64,000 bases of DNA from an uncultured Clostridia bacterium (GCA_944387425.1 CALXEV010000003.1:662-64661); one strand, 5' to 3'; shown: positions 19,880 to 29,003, counted from the first letter of the stretch. Translations and numbers: made by a program. Notes: generated by a model not told the origin, from the sequence alone.

Positions 19880-19896
19880 TGTGAAAATATTGTGAA
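19880..19896 (+). promoter_or_regulatory. TGTGAA-N5-TGTGAA direct repeat in the htrA / pilin-like divergent region
   Basis: Hexamers lie at 19880-19885 and 19891-19896. Read in the htrA direction they are TTCACA repeats 52-68 nt upstream of the htrA ATG. Confidence 0.5.
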
Positions 19897-19984
19897 TATA
19901 ACGTAAAAAAAGAAAAATTTTAAATAAACTTGCAAAAAAACTTGAAAAAGGAAATTGCTATATATATAATATTAATATGGAGGT

Positions 19985-20491
19985 ATGGAGATGAGAAAAC
20001 AAAATGGTATAACATTAATAGCAATAACATTAACTGTAATAGTAATGTTGATTATTGCATCTATAACAGTATATTATGGAACAGACCTAATCCAAAATGC
20101 TAAATTACAAGATTTAAAAACAAATATGTTATTAATACAAGCAAAAACAAAATCAGGAGTAGAAGAAGTTAATTTCCAAAGTCAAAATATAAATGACGGT
20201 TCAAGTTTAGAACAAATCAAATCAGCAAATTTAATAGGTCAAAAACTTGAAGGCTCTGGAGAACCATATAATCAAGCACAACAAACTGGAAAAATAACAG
20301 GAGATATATCACAATATTATTACTTAACAGATCAAAATCTAAATGATATGGGATTAAATGATATAAAAACAGAAGATTATGGATATTTTATTTTAAGATA
20401 TGATATTGATAATATTTCTGTAGAAGTAATAAATACAAAAGGATATGATGGGAATTATACTTTAACAGATATATTAGCATTAGACGAATAA
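19985..20491 (+). CDS. Prepilin-like (class III signal-like) exported protein lacking Glu+5
   Basis: The N-terminus is M(EM)RKQNG-ITLIAITLTVIVMLIIASITVYYG. The start is more likely the ATG at 19991, given GGAGG at 19980-19984. It has its own promoter: TTGAAA (19942-19947), 17-nt spacer, TATAAT (19965-19970). It is a paralogue of 57335..58075. Confidence 0.5.
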   Translation: MEMRKQNGITLIAITLTVIVMLIIASITVYYGTDLIQNAKLQDLKTNMLLIQAKTKSGVEEVNFQSQNINDGSSLEQIKSANLIGQKLEGSGEPYNQAQQTGKITGDISQYYYLTDQNLNDMGLNDIKTEDYGYFILRYDIDNISVEVINTKGYDGNYTLTDILALDE

Positions 20492-20503
20492 AGGAAAATA
20501 AAA

Positions 20504-21130
20504 ATGAAAGAAAATGAAGAACTAAGATTAAAAGAATTAAAAAGACAAGAGGACGAGCTAAGGAACAGAGGTTTTAACATGATTTGCGGAATTGATGAAG
20601 CAGGAAGAGGACCATTAGCTGGTCCTGTTGTTGTTGCAAGTGTTATTATGCCAGCTAATTCTATGATAGAAGGAGTAAACGATTCAAAAAAAATATCTGA
20701 AAAAAAGAGAGAAAAATTATATGACCAGATATTAGAAGAAGCAATTTCATATGGAGTAGGAATTATTGGGCAAGATGAAATAGATGAAATAAATATATTA
20801 AACGCTACTAAAAAGGGATTAACTATGTCTTTAAAAGAATTGACAGTAAAACCAGATTTAATAATTGTTGATGCATTAACACATATTGATACAATGGGAA
20901 TACCATATGAATCAATAATAAAGGGAGATGCAAAATGTTACTCTATTTCTGCAGCTTCAATTATTGCTAAAGTTACAAGGGATAGAATAATGAGAGAATG
21001 GGATAAAATATATCCTGAATATGGTTTTGAAAAACACAAGGGATATGGTACATCAGCACATATTGAAGCCATAAAAAAATATGGACTTTGTCCAATACAT
21101 AGAAAAAGTTTTACAACACATTTTATATAA
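20504..21130 (+). CDS. rnhB: Ribonuclease HII
   Basis: ICGIDEAGRGPLAGPVVVASV, DSKK and SAASIIAKVTRD are present. Confidence 0.93.
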   Translation: MKENEELRLKELKRQEDELRNRGFNMICGIDEAGRGPLAGPVVVASVIMPANSMIEGVNDSKKISEKKREKLYDQILEEAISYGVGIIGQDEIDEINILNATKKGLTMSLKELTVKPDLIIVDALTHIDTMGIPYESIIKGDAKCYSISAASIIAKVTRDRIMREWDKIYPEYGFEKHKGYGTSAHIEAIKKYGLCPIHRKSFTTHFI

Positions 21131-21156
21131 ATTTATATAGAAGAAAGGTTGAAAAT

Positions 21157-22419
21157 ATGAATATATTAGATATAATAGCAAAAAAACGTGATTCCTTAGA
21201 ATTAACAAAAGAAGAAATTGAATATTTTGTAAAAGAATATACAAATGGTAATATACCAGATTATCAAGCATCTGCATTGATTATGGCAATATATTTAAAT
21301 GGAATGAATAGTAGAGAAATTAAAGACTTAACATTAGTAATGGCATATTCAGGAGATGTGTTAGATTTATCTCAATTTGGTCCAAATGTTGTAGATAAAC
21401 ATAGTACAGGTGGAGTAGGAGATAAAGTATCTTTAATACTTTTGCCAACAATTGCATCATTAGGAATCCCTGTTGCCAAAATGTCAGGTAGAGGTCTTGG
21501 TTTTACAGGAGGAACAGTTGATAAATTAGAATCTATACCAGGATATAAAACAAATATTAATATAGACGAATTTATTCAAAATGTAAAAAAAGTCGGAATA
21601 AGTATGATAGGGCAAACTATGAATTTAGCACCAGCAGACAAAAAAATATATGCTTTGAGAGATGCAATATCATGTGTTGAAAATATTCCATTAATAGCTT
21701 CAAGTATAATGAGTAAAAAGATTGCAAGTGGTGCGAATAAAATAGTAATTGATGTAACTGTAGGAAATGGAGCATTTATGAAAAACAAAGAAGATGCACA
21801 AAAACTTGCAGAACAAATTATAGAAATTGGTGAACTTGCAGGAAAAGAAGTTAGATGTGTATTAACACCAATGGATGAACCACTAGGAAATGCTGTTGGA
21901 AATTCTTTAGAAGTTATAGAAGCAATAAATTTTCTAAAAGGAGACATGCCAAAAGATTTAAAAGAAGTAGTACTTGAACTTGGTGCTAATATGATTCAAT
22001 TAGCTGGAGTTGGAAACAATATAGAAGAAAATAAAGAAATGATGCTAGAAAAAATTCAAAATGGTGACGCTTTTAACAAATTCAAAGAAATGGTTCAAAA
22101 TCAAGGTGGAGATGTTTCATATTTAGATGATATAAAGAAATTTAAAAAATCTAAATATACAGTATCAGTTGCTACTAAAAAAACAGGAATTGTTAAAGAA
22201 ATAAATGCAGAAGAAATTGGAAAACTAGCATGTTACCTAGGCTCAGGAAGACAGAGAAAAGAAGATAAAATTGAACCAGAAGTTGGTATTGTTTTAAACA
22301 AAAAAGTTGGAGATTTTGTCGAAGAAAGCGACTTCTTGGCATACATTTGTGCAAATGATGAAAATAAAGCAAGAGAAGCAGTAAATAAAATACTAGAAAT
22401 TTACAAAATAGAAAAATAG
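21157..22419 (+). CDS. pdp: Pyrimidine-nucleoside (thymidine) phosphorylase
   Basis: VDKHSTGGVGDKVSL, SGRGLGFTGGTVDKLESIPG and the YALRD context are present in a 420-aa protein. Confidence 0.93.
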   Translation: MNILDIIAKKRDSLELTKEEIEYFVKEYTNGNIPDYQASALIMAIYLNGMNSREIKDLTLVMAYSGDVLDLSQFGPNVVDKHSTGGVGDKVSLILLPTIASLGIPVAKMSGRGLGFTGGTVDKLESIPGYKTNINIDEFIQNVKKVGISMIGQTMNLAPADKKIYALRDAISCVENIPLIASSIMSKKIASGANKIVIDVTVGNGAFMKNKEDAQKLAEQIIEIGELAGKEVRCVLTPMDEPLGNAVGNSLEVIEAINFLKGDMPKDLKEVVLELGANMIQLAGVGNNIEENKEMMLEKIQNGDAFNKFKEMVQNQGGDVSYLDDIKKFKKSKYTVSVATKKTGIVKEINAEEIGKLACYLGSGRQRKEDKIEPEVGIVLNKKVGDFVEESDFLAYICANDENKAREAVNKILEIYKIEK

Positions 22420-22491
22420 CTATATCCGTTGAAAAATATTTTATTTATGGTATAATATATAAGGAGTATTAATTTAGAGAGGATTGATATA

Positions 22492-22638
22492 ATGAAAAAA
22501 CAAGAAAAACAAAAAATAAAAAATAAAGTAGATAAAAGAACAATTTTTGCTAGAATTATGGCAGGATTTTTACTAGGTATAATGGTACTTGCATCATGTT
22601 CAACATGTATATACTATGTTGTAGCAAACATGAATTAA
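22492..22638 (+). CDS. 48-aa small membrane protein upstream of cdaA
   Basis: I translated this by hand: MKKQEKQKIKNKVDKRTIFARIMAGFLLGIMVLASCSTCIYYVVANMN. It has a basic N-terminus and one TM helix. A promoter lies upstream: TTGAAA (22429-22434), 16-nt spacer, TGgTATAAT. Confidence 0.4.
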   Translation: MKKQEKQKIKNKVDKRTIFARIMAGFLLGIMVLASCSTCIYYVVANMN

Positions 22639-22653
22639 AAGGGGATGCATATA

Positions 22654-23604
22654 ATGAGTAATATAGGAACCATCTTCAGTAATTTTTATGAGCAAAATAT
22701 ATTAGCTTATATAAAATTATGGCAAGAATATCCAATAAAATTAGTATCACTTATTTTGGATATAGCAATAGTAATATTCTTAGCATATGAATTATTAAGA
22801 ATTGTAAAAGATTCTAGAGCGTGGCAACTTGTAAAAGGAATTGCATTTCTAATTATAGCTACAGCATTAAGTAAGTTGCTAAATTTATACATATTAAATT
22901 ATCTATTATCAACAATAATGGATTGGGGAGTAATATTAGTAATTATAATTTTCCAACCAGAAATAAGAAGAGCATTAGAACAACTTGGTGGAACAAATAG
23001 GTTTACTCGATTTTTTGGTTTTGATAAAGACATAATCACAAAAACCAAGGAAGATATATATAAAGTTGTAATTGCTGTTTATGAACTTGCTAAACACAAA
23101 ACAGGTGCTTTGATTGTAATGGAAAGAGATATTGAAATTAAAGACGTAATTGCAACAGGTATTCCAATGGATGCTGATGTATCTCCACAATTATTAGTAA
23201 ATATATTTGTACCAAATACACCATTACATGATGGAGCAGTTGTAATAAGTAATAATAAAATTGCAGCAGCTGCATGTATGTTGCCTTTAGCAAGTGATCA
23301 AGATATAGCAAAAGAACTTGGAACACGTCATAGAGCAGGTATAGGAATTTCAAAAGAATCAGATAGTATTGCAATAATTGTTTCTGAAGAAACTGGAAAA
23401 GTTTCAGTAGCTAAAGACGGAACACTTATAGCAGATGTAAGAGAAGATGTTTTAAAGAAAATCCTAATTAATAATATAGTTACTAAAAGACTAAATGAAG
23501 CAAAAGCAAAAAGTGAAAGAAAAGGTGTTAAAGAATTTTTTGTTAATCTTAAAAACAAAATTTTTAAGAAAAAAACAGAACAAAAAGAAGATAAGAAAAA
23601 CTAA
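22654..23604 (+). CDS. cdaA: Diadenylate cyclase CdaA (DisA_N domain), membrane bound
   Basis: It has three N-terminal TM helices plus GALIVMERD, LHDGAVVI and GTRHRAGIGISKESDSIAIIVSEETG. I prefer the ATG at 22654 over the track start at 22645 because the gggg SD directly abuts 22645. Confidence 0.9.
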   Translation: MSNIGTIFSNFYEQNILAYIKLWQEYPIKLVSLILDIAIVIFLAYELLRIVKDSRAWQLVKGIAFLIIATALSKLLNLYILNYLLSTIMDWGVILVIIIFQPEIRRALEQLGGTNRFTRFFGFDKDIITKTKEDIYKVVIAVYELAKHKTGALIVMERDIEIKDVIATGIPMDADVSPQLLVNIFVPNTPLHDGAVVISNNKIAAAACMLPLASDQDIAKELGTRHRAGIGISKESDSIAIIVSEETGKVSVAKDGTLIADVREDVLKKILINNIVTKRLNEAKAKSERKGVKEFFVNLKNKIFKKKTEQKEDKKN

Positions 23605-23630
23605 AGAGTTGCGAAAGCAACTCTTATTAT
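23604..23630 (+). terminator. Rho-independent terminator after cdaA
   Basis: agagttgc (23605-23612), a gaaa loop, then gcaactct (23617-23624). Confidence 0.7.
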
Positions 23631-23676
23631 GATAAGTAGAGAGATTGGTTTAATCTTCACTTAATAAAGGAGAAAT

Positions 23677-24411
23677 ATGAGAAATATAAAATTAACAATT
23701 GAATATGATGGAAAAGATTTTAATGGTTGGCAAAAGCAACCAAATAAATTAAATATACAAGGAACAATTGAGCAAGCTATAAAAAGTATTACAGGAGAAG
23801 ATGTTGAATTAAATGCATCAGGTAGAACAGATGCTGGAGTACATGCTTTAGGACAAGTTGCGAATTTCAAAACAAATTCACAAATTCCTATTGATAAAAT
23901 GGCAATTGCAATTAATTCAAGATTGAAAAAGTCAATTGTAATAAAAAAAGCTGAAGAAGTTGATGAACGTTTTCACAGTAGATTGAGTTGTAAAAGAAAA
24001 ACATATAGATATGTAATAAACAATTCTCCTGAAGGAACAGCTATCTATAGGTATTTAGAAACACATATTCCTCAAAAACTAGATGTTCAAAAAATGCAAG
24101 AAGCAATAAAGTATTTTGTTGGAGAACACGATTTTAAAGCATTTAAGGCAAGTGGAACAAGTAGTAAAAATAGTGTTAGAACAATTTATGATGCAAAGGT
24201 TGAACAAAAAGATGATAGAATCTTTATAGAGCTTACTGGAAATGGATTTCTTTATAATATGGTTAGAATTATAGCAGGTACATTGGTTGATGTTGGATTG
24301 GGAAAAATCGAACCAGAAAGAATAAAAGAGATAATTGAGCTTGGAAAAAGAGAATTTGCTGGGAAAACTCTTCCACCAAATGGATTATACTTGCTAAAAG
24401 TTGTTTATTGA
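23677..24411 (+). CDS. truA: tRNA pseudouridine(38-40) synthase
   Basis: IEYDGKDFNGWQKQPN, SGRTDAGVHALGQV and FLYNMVRIIAGTLV are present. Confidence 0.95.
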   Translation: MRNIKLTIEYDGKDFNGWQKQPNKLNIQGTIEQAIKSITGEDVELNASGRTDAGVHALGQVANFKTNSQIPIDKMAIAINSRLKKSIVIKKAEEVDERFHSRLSCKRKTYRYVINNSPEGTAIYRYLETHIPQKLDVQKMQEAIKYFVGEHDFKAFKASGTSSKNSVRTIYDAKVEQKDDRIFIELTGNGFLYNMVRIIAGTLVDVGLGKIEPERIKEIIELGKREFAGKTLPPNGLYLLKVVY

Positions 24412-24415
24412 CATT

Positions 24416-24440
24416 GACATTTGGTGCCGGTTCTTTTTTG
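24416..24440 (+). repeat. REP-like 25-nt repeat, copy 1
   Basis: gacatttggtgccggttcttttttg starts 5 nt after the truA stop. Confidence 0.85.
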
Positions 24441-24496
24441 TAACAAAAAATAAATAAAATCATAATATATATCAAAAAACAAAAGGAGATATAGTT

Positions 24497-24898
24497 ATGA
24501 CCCTACTTATATTTTTTGCAATAATTTTTGCAACAATTGTATTATCAATCGTTTTACAAAGGATTATACATTGCCCAATTTTAGTTGGATTTGCATTTTT
24601 TTCAATATTTTTAGTAATAGCAGTAATATTTGCTAGTACTACATTAGTTATAATAGCCATAATTTTAGGAATAATTTCATTTATTTCAGCATTTCTTGAT
24701 TGTATTATTAGGCGCTCAGGATTTTTTAGGAATAATTCTTGTCTGAATTGTGAAGATACATGTTGTAATTGCAATAGAGATAATAATTCAAACAATAATA
24801 ATTGCACAAATAATGAGGACAATAATGGATGTGGTTGTAATAATGAAAATAATACATTACAATTAGGGTGTGGAAGAAACAATAGATATAGGAGATAA
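24497..24898 (+). CDS. Hypothetical membrane protein with a Cys/Asn-rich C-terminal tail
   Basis: An aaggag SD lies 8 nt upstream. Three predicted TM helices are followed by CLNCEDTCCNCNRDNNSNNNNCTNNEDNNGCGCNNENN. The gene is bracketed by REP copies. Confidence 0.45.
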   Translation: MTLLIFFAIIFATIVLSIVLQRIIHCPILVGFAFFSIFLVIAVIFASTTLVIIAIILGIISFISAFLDCIIRRSGFFRNNSCLNCEDTCCNCNRDNNSNNNNCTNNEDNNGCGCNNENNTLQLGCGRNNRYRR

Positions 24899-24899
24899 T

Positions 24900-24922
24900 C
24901 AATTGGTGCCGGTTCTCTTTTG
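24900..24922 (+). repeat. REP-like repeat, copy 2
   Basis: caattggtgccggttctcttttg. Confidence 0.85.
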
Positions 24923-24929
24923 TCATTTT

Positions 24930-24954
24930 GACATTTGGTGCCGGTTCTTTTTTG
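24930..24954 (+). repeat. REP-like repeat, copy 3
   Basis: gacatttggtgccggttcttttttg is identical to copy 1 and abuts the transposase stop. Confidence 0.85.
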
Positions 24955-24955
24955 C

Positions 24956-25732
24956 TCATTTTAATAGTTTTGCTAATTTCCCACGGCTTATTCTGACTAT
25001 TCTTGATAATTGTGAAATATTAGTTCCTTTTATTTGTTCTAATTGTTTTAATCTTTTTTCTTGAATTTGTTTTGATGGAGGTTTGAAAAAAGTTGAAATA
25101 TCTTCGATTTTTGAAATATTAAATTTTTTCATAATTATATTACATACTTGTTCATCTGTTAATTTTTCCAATAACTCATAATCAGCAAGATCTTCTAAGT
25201 CTTGTAAATAATCAGTATTTTTAGTAAATTGTATAAAAGTATCTAAACTATTATTAAAATAATATAGAAGTATCTTTTTGTCTATCAGTTTTTCTTTTTG
25301 TAAATATTCTTTATAGCTACTCCATTGATAATCTTCAGTTTTACATATTCCAGCATTTTCTGGATTTCTATGTACATATCTACAAACTCTTAAGAAGTAA
25401 TCTTTAGTTTCTATATTTTTGCTTTTAAATCTATTTTGAAGTATAGGACCTGTCCTTTTATATTTACTATTGAAATAATGAGCATATCGAATCATTAAAC
25501 TTTGGGCTATTTTTGATAAAAAATCATTTTCACATTTTAAAACTAGATGAATGTGATTATCCATCAAGCAGTATGAATATAGTGAATAATCGAAAATTTT
25601 CTTGGTTTCTAAAATTTGTTTTAAGAAAAAAATTTTATCTTGATTATCATAAAAAATATCTTGATTATCTATGCCTTTGAAAATGACATGATAAGTTTTT
25701 GAATTACTAAAAGTTCTTAATGGTCTTGGCAT
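24956..25732 (-). mobile_element. IS200/Y1-type (REP-associated tyrosine transposase-like) gene with a C-terminal HTH-like extension
   Basis: The HUH motif context YCLMDNHIHLVL and the catalytic-Tyr region VCRYVHRNPENAG are present, with a C-terminal helical segment (NISQLSRIVRISRGKLAKLL). Inverted REP doublets flank the gene. Confidence 0.85.
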
Positions 25733-25821
25733 TAATACCTCACTTTCTTTAATTATTGAATTATATTATAGCACATATTAAAAAAAATACTATATTTTAT
25801 GAACAAATTCTGAAAAAATGG

Positions 25822-25846
25822 CAAAAGAGAACCGGCACCAAATGCC
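25822..25846 (-). repeat. REP-like repeat, copy 4 (inverted)
   Basis: caaaagagaaccggcaccaaatgcc is the reverse complement of the REP core. Confidence 0.85.
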
Positions 25847-25852
25847 AAAATG

Positions 25853-25877
25853 GCAAAAGAGAACCGGCACCAAATGC
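25853..25877 (-). repeat. REP-like repeat, copy 5 (inverted)
   Basis: It is identical to copy 4 and starts 31 nt downstream of it. It ends 13 nt before the asnS 3' end. Confidence 0.85.
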
Positions 25878-25889
25878 CAATTTCCAATT

Positions 25890-27302
25890 CTAAAAATCAC
25901 AATTATTTGGAGTTCTAGGAAATGGAATAACATCTCTAATATTCTCAATACCTGTAATATACATAAGCAATCTCTCAAATCCAAGACCAAAACCAGAATG
26001 TATATCTGTTCCATATTTACGAAGCTCTAGATACCAATAAAGAGGTTCAGTTTCAATACCCATCTCATTCATACGAGCAACCAATTTATCGTAATCTTCC
26101 TCTCTTTGAGAACCACCCATAATTTCACCTGCACCAGGAACTTCAAGGTCAACAGCAGCAACAGTTTTTCCATCTGGGTTTACTTTCATATAATAAGACT
26201 TAATATCTTTAGGCCAATTTTTAACAAAAACAGGGCCATCAAAATATTCTGTAATATATTTTTCATGTTCTTTTGCTAAATCTTCACCATAATCTGGTTG
26301 GAATTCCCACTTTCTATCAGCCTTTTTCAAAATATCAACTACATCTTTATGGTCAATTCTAACAAAATCAGAATCAATTAATTTATTTAATTTTTCAATC
26401 AATCCATTTTGAATAAATTTATCACAAAAAGCCATTTCTTCAGGGCATTTTTCCAAAACAGATTTTACAATATATTTTAAACAATCTTCTTCAATATCCA
26501 TTAAACCATCTAAATCGCAGAAAGAAATTTCAGGTTCAATCATCCAAAATTCATTTGCATGTGTTTTTGTATTAGAATTTTCACTTCTCAAAGTTGGACC
26601 AAAAGTATATATTTTACCAAAAGCTTGTGCAAAAGTTTCACCATGTAATTGGCCAGAACCAGTGATAAAAGCTTTTTTTCCAAATAAGTCTTGTGAATAA
26701 TCTGTTTTTCCATCTTTCATAGGAAGAGGCTTATCAGTGTCTAAAGTTGTTAATTTAAACATTTTAGCAGAACCTTCACAATCAGCACAAGTGATTATAG
26801 GAGTGTTAACATATACATATCCATGAGATTGGAAATATTCATGAATTGCAAATGCAGCAACACTTCTAATTCTAAAAACAGCGTTAAAAGTATTTGTTCT
26901 AGGACGCAAATGTGCTATTGTACGAAGATACTCAAAAGAGTGTCTTTTCTTTTGAAGAGGATAATCAGTAGAACATAAGCTTTCAATTACAATTTCTTTA
27001 GCTTGGATTTCAAATGGTTGTTTAGCATTTTCTGTTATAACTAAAATACCTGTAACTTTAATTGTAGAGCTGATTGTAAGCTTTGTAAGATCTTCAAAAT
27101 TTGATAATTTATCAGTAAAAACTATTTGGACATTTTTAAAATATGAACCATCATTTAATTCAATAAACCCAAAAGTTTTAGAATCTCTAACGGTTTTAAC
27201 CCATCCTTCAACAGTGATTTTTTTATTTGCATAATCGGAAGTATTTACAAATAAATCTTTTAAAACTAAATCTGACATATAAATTCCTTCTTTCTCATTC
27301 AT
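25890..27302 (-). CDS. asnS: Asparagine--tRNA ligase
   Basis: It has an OB-fold N-domain and class IIb motifs (FRIRS, GEIMGGSQRE, GFGLGFERLLMY). The start may be the internal ATG at 27278 (MSDLV), which follows a gaaggaa SD. Confidence 0.95.
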   Translation of the reverse strand: MNEKEGIYMSDLVLKDLFVNTSDYANKKITVEGWVKTVRDSKTFGFIELNDGSYFKNVQIVFTDKLSNFEDLTKLTISSTIKVTGILVITENAKQPFEIQAKEIVIESLCSTDYPLQKKRHSFEYLRTIAHLRPRTNTFNAVFRIRSVAAFAIHEYFQSHGYVYVNTPIITCADCEGSAKMFKLTTLDTDKPLPMKDGKTDYSQDLFGKKAFITGSGQLHGETFAQAFGKIYTFGPTLRSENSNTKTHANEFWMIEPEISFCDLDGLMDIEEDCLKYIVKSVLEKCPEEMAFCDKFIQNGLIEKLNKLIDSDFVRIDHKDVVDILKKADRKWEFQPDYGEDLAKEHEKYITEYFDGPVFVKNWPKDIKSYYMKVNPDGKTVAAVDLEVPGAGEIMGGSQREEDYDKLVARMNEMGIETEPLYWYLELRKYGTDIHSGFGLGFERLLMYITGIENIRDVIPFPRTPNNCDF

Positions 27303-27471
27303 CTTGTTTAAATATTATGTTAAGATTATACAATACTATACAGAAAAAAACAAGAAAAAATAAGAAATTTGAATGAATTTTATAAAAACTATAGAAAAAA
27401 TACATCAAAATGTGATAAGATATAAAGGCAGAATTTTAAATTAAAATATAACCTAAAAAAGGAGGTTAAAT

Positions 27472-28266
27472 ATGGCGAACAAAAAAGTAAGAGCAACTGG
27501 TAGAATTAGCAAGCAAAGAGAGATTGAACAAAAGAAAAGAAAAAGAAGGAGAATAGCAATTATTATTATATCATGTCTTATTATAATAATTGGAATTTGT
27601 GCATATTTATTGAATTCGCCAACATTTAAAATTACGACAATAGACATTAGTGGAAATGTACAATTAACACAAGAACAAGTACAAGAAATGTCAGAAATAA
27701 AAACAGGAGATAGTATATTTTCAACATTTAATATAGTAGTAAAAGTCAAGTTAAAACAACATGGATACATTGAAGAAGCAAAAGTAAGTAAAGAATATCC
27801 AAATACTATAAAAATAGAAATAAAAGAAAGACAAAAGGAATATCAAATTCAAACACCATCTGGACAATATGTATATATTGATGGACAAGGATATCTTTTA
27901 GAAAGTTCAACAGAAAGGTTAGAACTAAAGACAATAACAGGAATGAGTGCTGACGAAAACAGCTTACAAACTCAACATAGATTAGACGAAAATGATTTAG
28001 TAAAAATGGAAAATGTATTACAAATTATTGAAAATTCAAAAGAAATTGGAATTGCTGATAAAATTACACAATTTGATGTACAAGATGAATATATCGTAGA
28101 ACTTGCAAATGATGGAATAAAAATAAACTTTGGGAATGCTACAAATTTAAAAGAAAGAATGTATTATGTTAAAGCAATACTAGATCAAGAAGCAGGACAT
28201 AGAGGTACAATATATGTTAACGGAAATTTAAATGAAGGATTTACTCCATATTTTAGTGAGGGATAG
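27472..28266 (+). CDS. ftsQ: Cell division protein FtsQ/DivIB (POTRA)
   Basis: It has a basic N-terminus and a single TM helix, then a POTRA-like FKITTIDISGNVQLTQEQVQEMSEIKTGDSIF. It sits upstream of DUF881-sbp-ftsA-ftsZ, as in B. subtilis. Confidence 0.8.
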   Translation: MANKKVRATGRISKQREIEQKKRKRRRIAIIIISCLIIIIGICAYLLNSPTFKITTIDISGNVQLTQEQVQEMSEIKTGDSIFSTFNIVVKVKLKQHGYIEEAKVSKEYPNTIKIEIKERQKEYQIQTPSGQYVYIDGQGYLLESSTERLELKTITGMSADENSLQTQHRLDENDLVKMENVLQIIENSKEIGIADKITQFDVQDEYIVELANDGIKINFGNATNLKERMYYVKAILDQEAGHRGTIYVNGNLNEGFTPYFSEG

Positions 28267-28280
28267 AAAGAGAGGTATAT

Positions 28281-29003
28281 ATGAACAACAAAAAAGTAAT
28301 TAGCTTAATAATAGGTTGTATGTGTGTATTATTATCATATGGAATATGTGCACAAATTAAAACAATAAATGCAATTGGAACAACTACAAGTAGTAATGAA
28401 ACAGAAAATGGATTGAGAGATTCAATATTAAGATTAAAAGAAAGATATGATAATCTATATGAAACTCTTGAAAATGCAGAAAAGGAACTAGAAACAGAAA
28501 GGACTAATGCAACACAGAACAATACAGAATTACAAGAATTAGAAAGTAATATAACAGAAGGAAATAAAGCACTTGGTTTAACAGAAGTTACAGGTAGTGG
28601 AGTGATAGTAACATTAAATGATAACCAAAGCATATCTCAGAACAACTTTTTAGGAGATCCTAATGATTTACTAGTACATTATTCAGATATAATAAGAGTT
28701 GTAAATGAACTAAAAAATGCAGGAGCAGAAGCAATTTCAATCAATGGACAAAGAATAGTAGCAAATTCTGTAATTGATTGTGATGGAAGTGTTATAAGAG
28801 TAAATGGAGTTAAAATTGGGGCACCATTTGAAATAAAAGCTATTGGTTTGCAAGAAACACTTGTAATGGTAGATAGATATGGAGGATATCTATGGAGTAT
28901 GAGAGAAGAATGGCTTTTAGAAGCTGAATTAAAAAGAGCTGATAATATAACAATACCTAAATATAGTGGAGTTATAAAATTTGAATATGCAGAAAGTGAG
29001 TAA
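28281..29003 (+). CDS. DUF881 (YlxW/YlxX-like) division-cluster protein
   Basis: It has a TM helix and a coiled coil, then VTGSGVIVTLND..LVNELKNAGAEAISINGQRI. Confidence 0.8.
   Translation: MNNKKVISLIIGCMCVLLSYGICAQIKTINAIGTTTSSNETENGLRDSILRLKERYDNLYETLENAEKELETERTNATQNNTELQELESNITEGNKALGLTEVTGSGVIVTLNDNQSISQNNFLGDPNDLLVHYSDIIRVVNELKNAGAEAISINGQRIVANSVIDCDGSVIRVNGVKIGAPFEIKAIGLQETLVMVDRYGGYLWSMREEWLLEAELKRADNITIPKYSGVIKFEYAESE

Noticed and set aside
24472-24882. A 136-aa minus-strand ORF opposite the Cys-rich membrane protein gene.
   Set aside because: The + strand ORF has an aaggag SD at ideal spacing and a coherent TM-helix pattern, and the minus ORF has neither. I keep a caveat in the finding because neither has a recognisable family.
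24870-26030. Short ORFs 24870..25064 (+), 25790..26014 (-) and 25818..26030 (+) around the transposase.
   Set aside because: They are read through the REP repeats or overlap the asnS and transposase ends. Their translations repeat the REP-encoded peptide (e.g. LVPVLFCHF), which shows they are by-products of the repeats.
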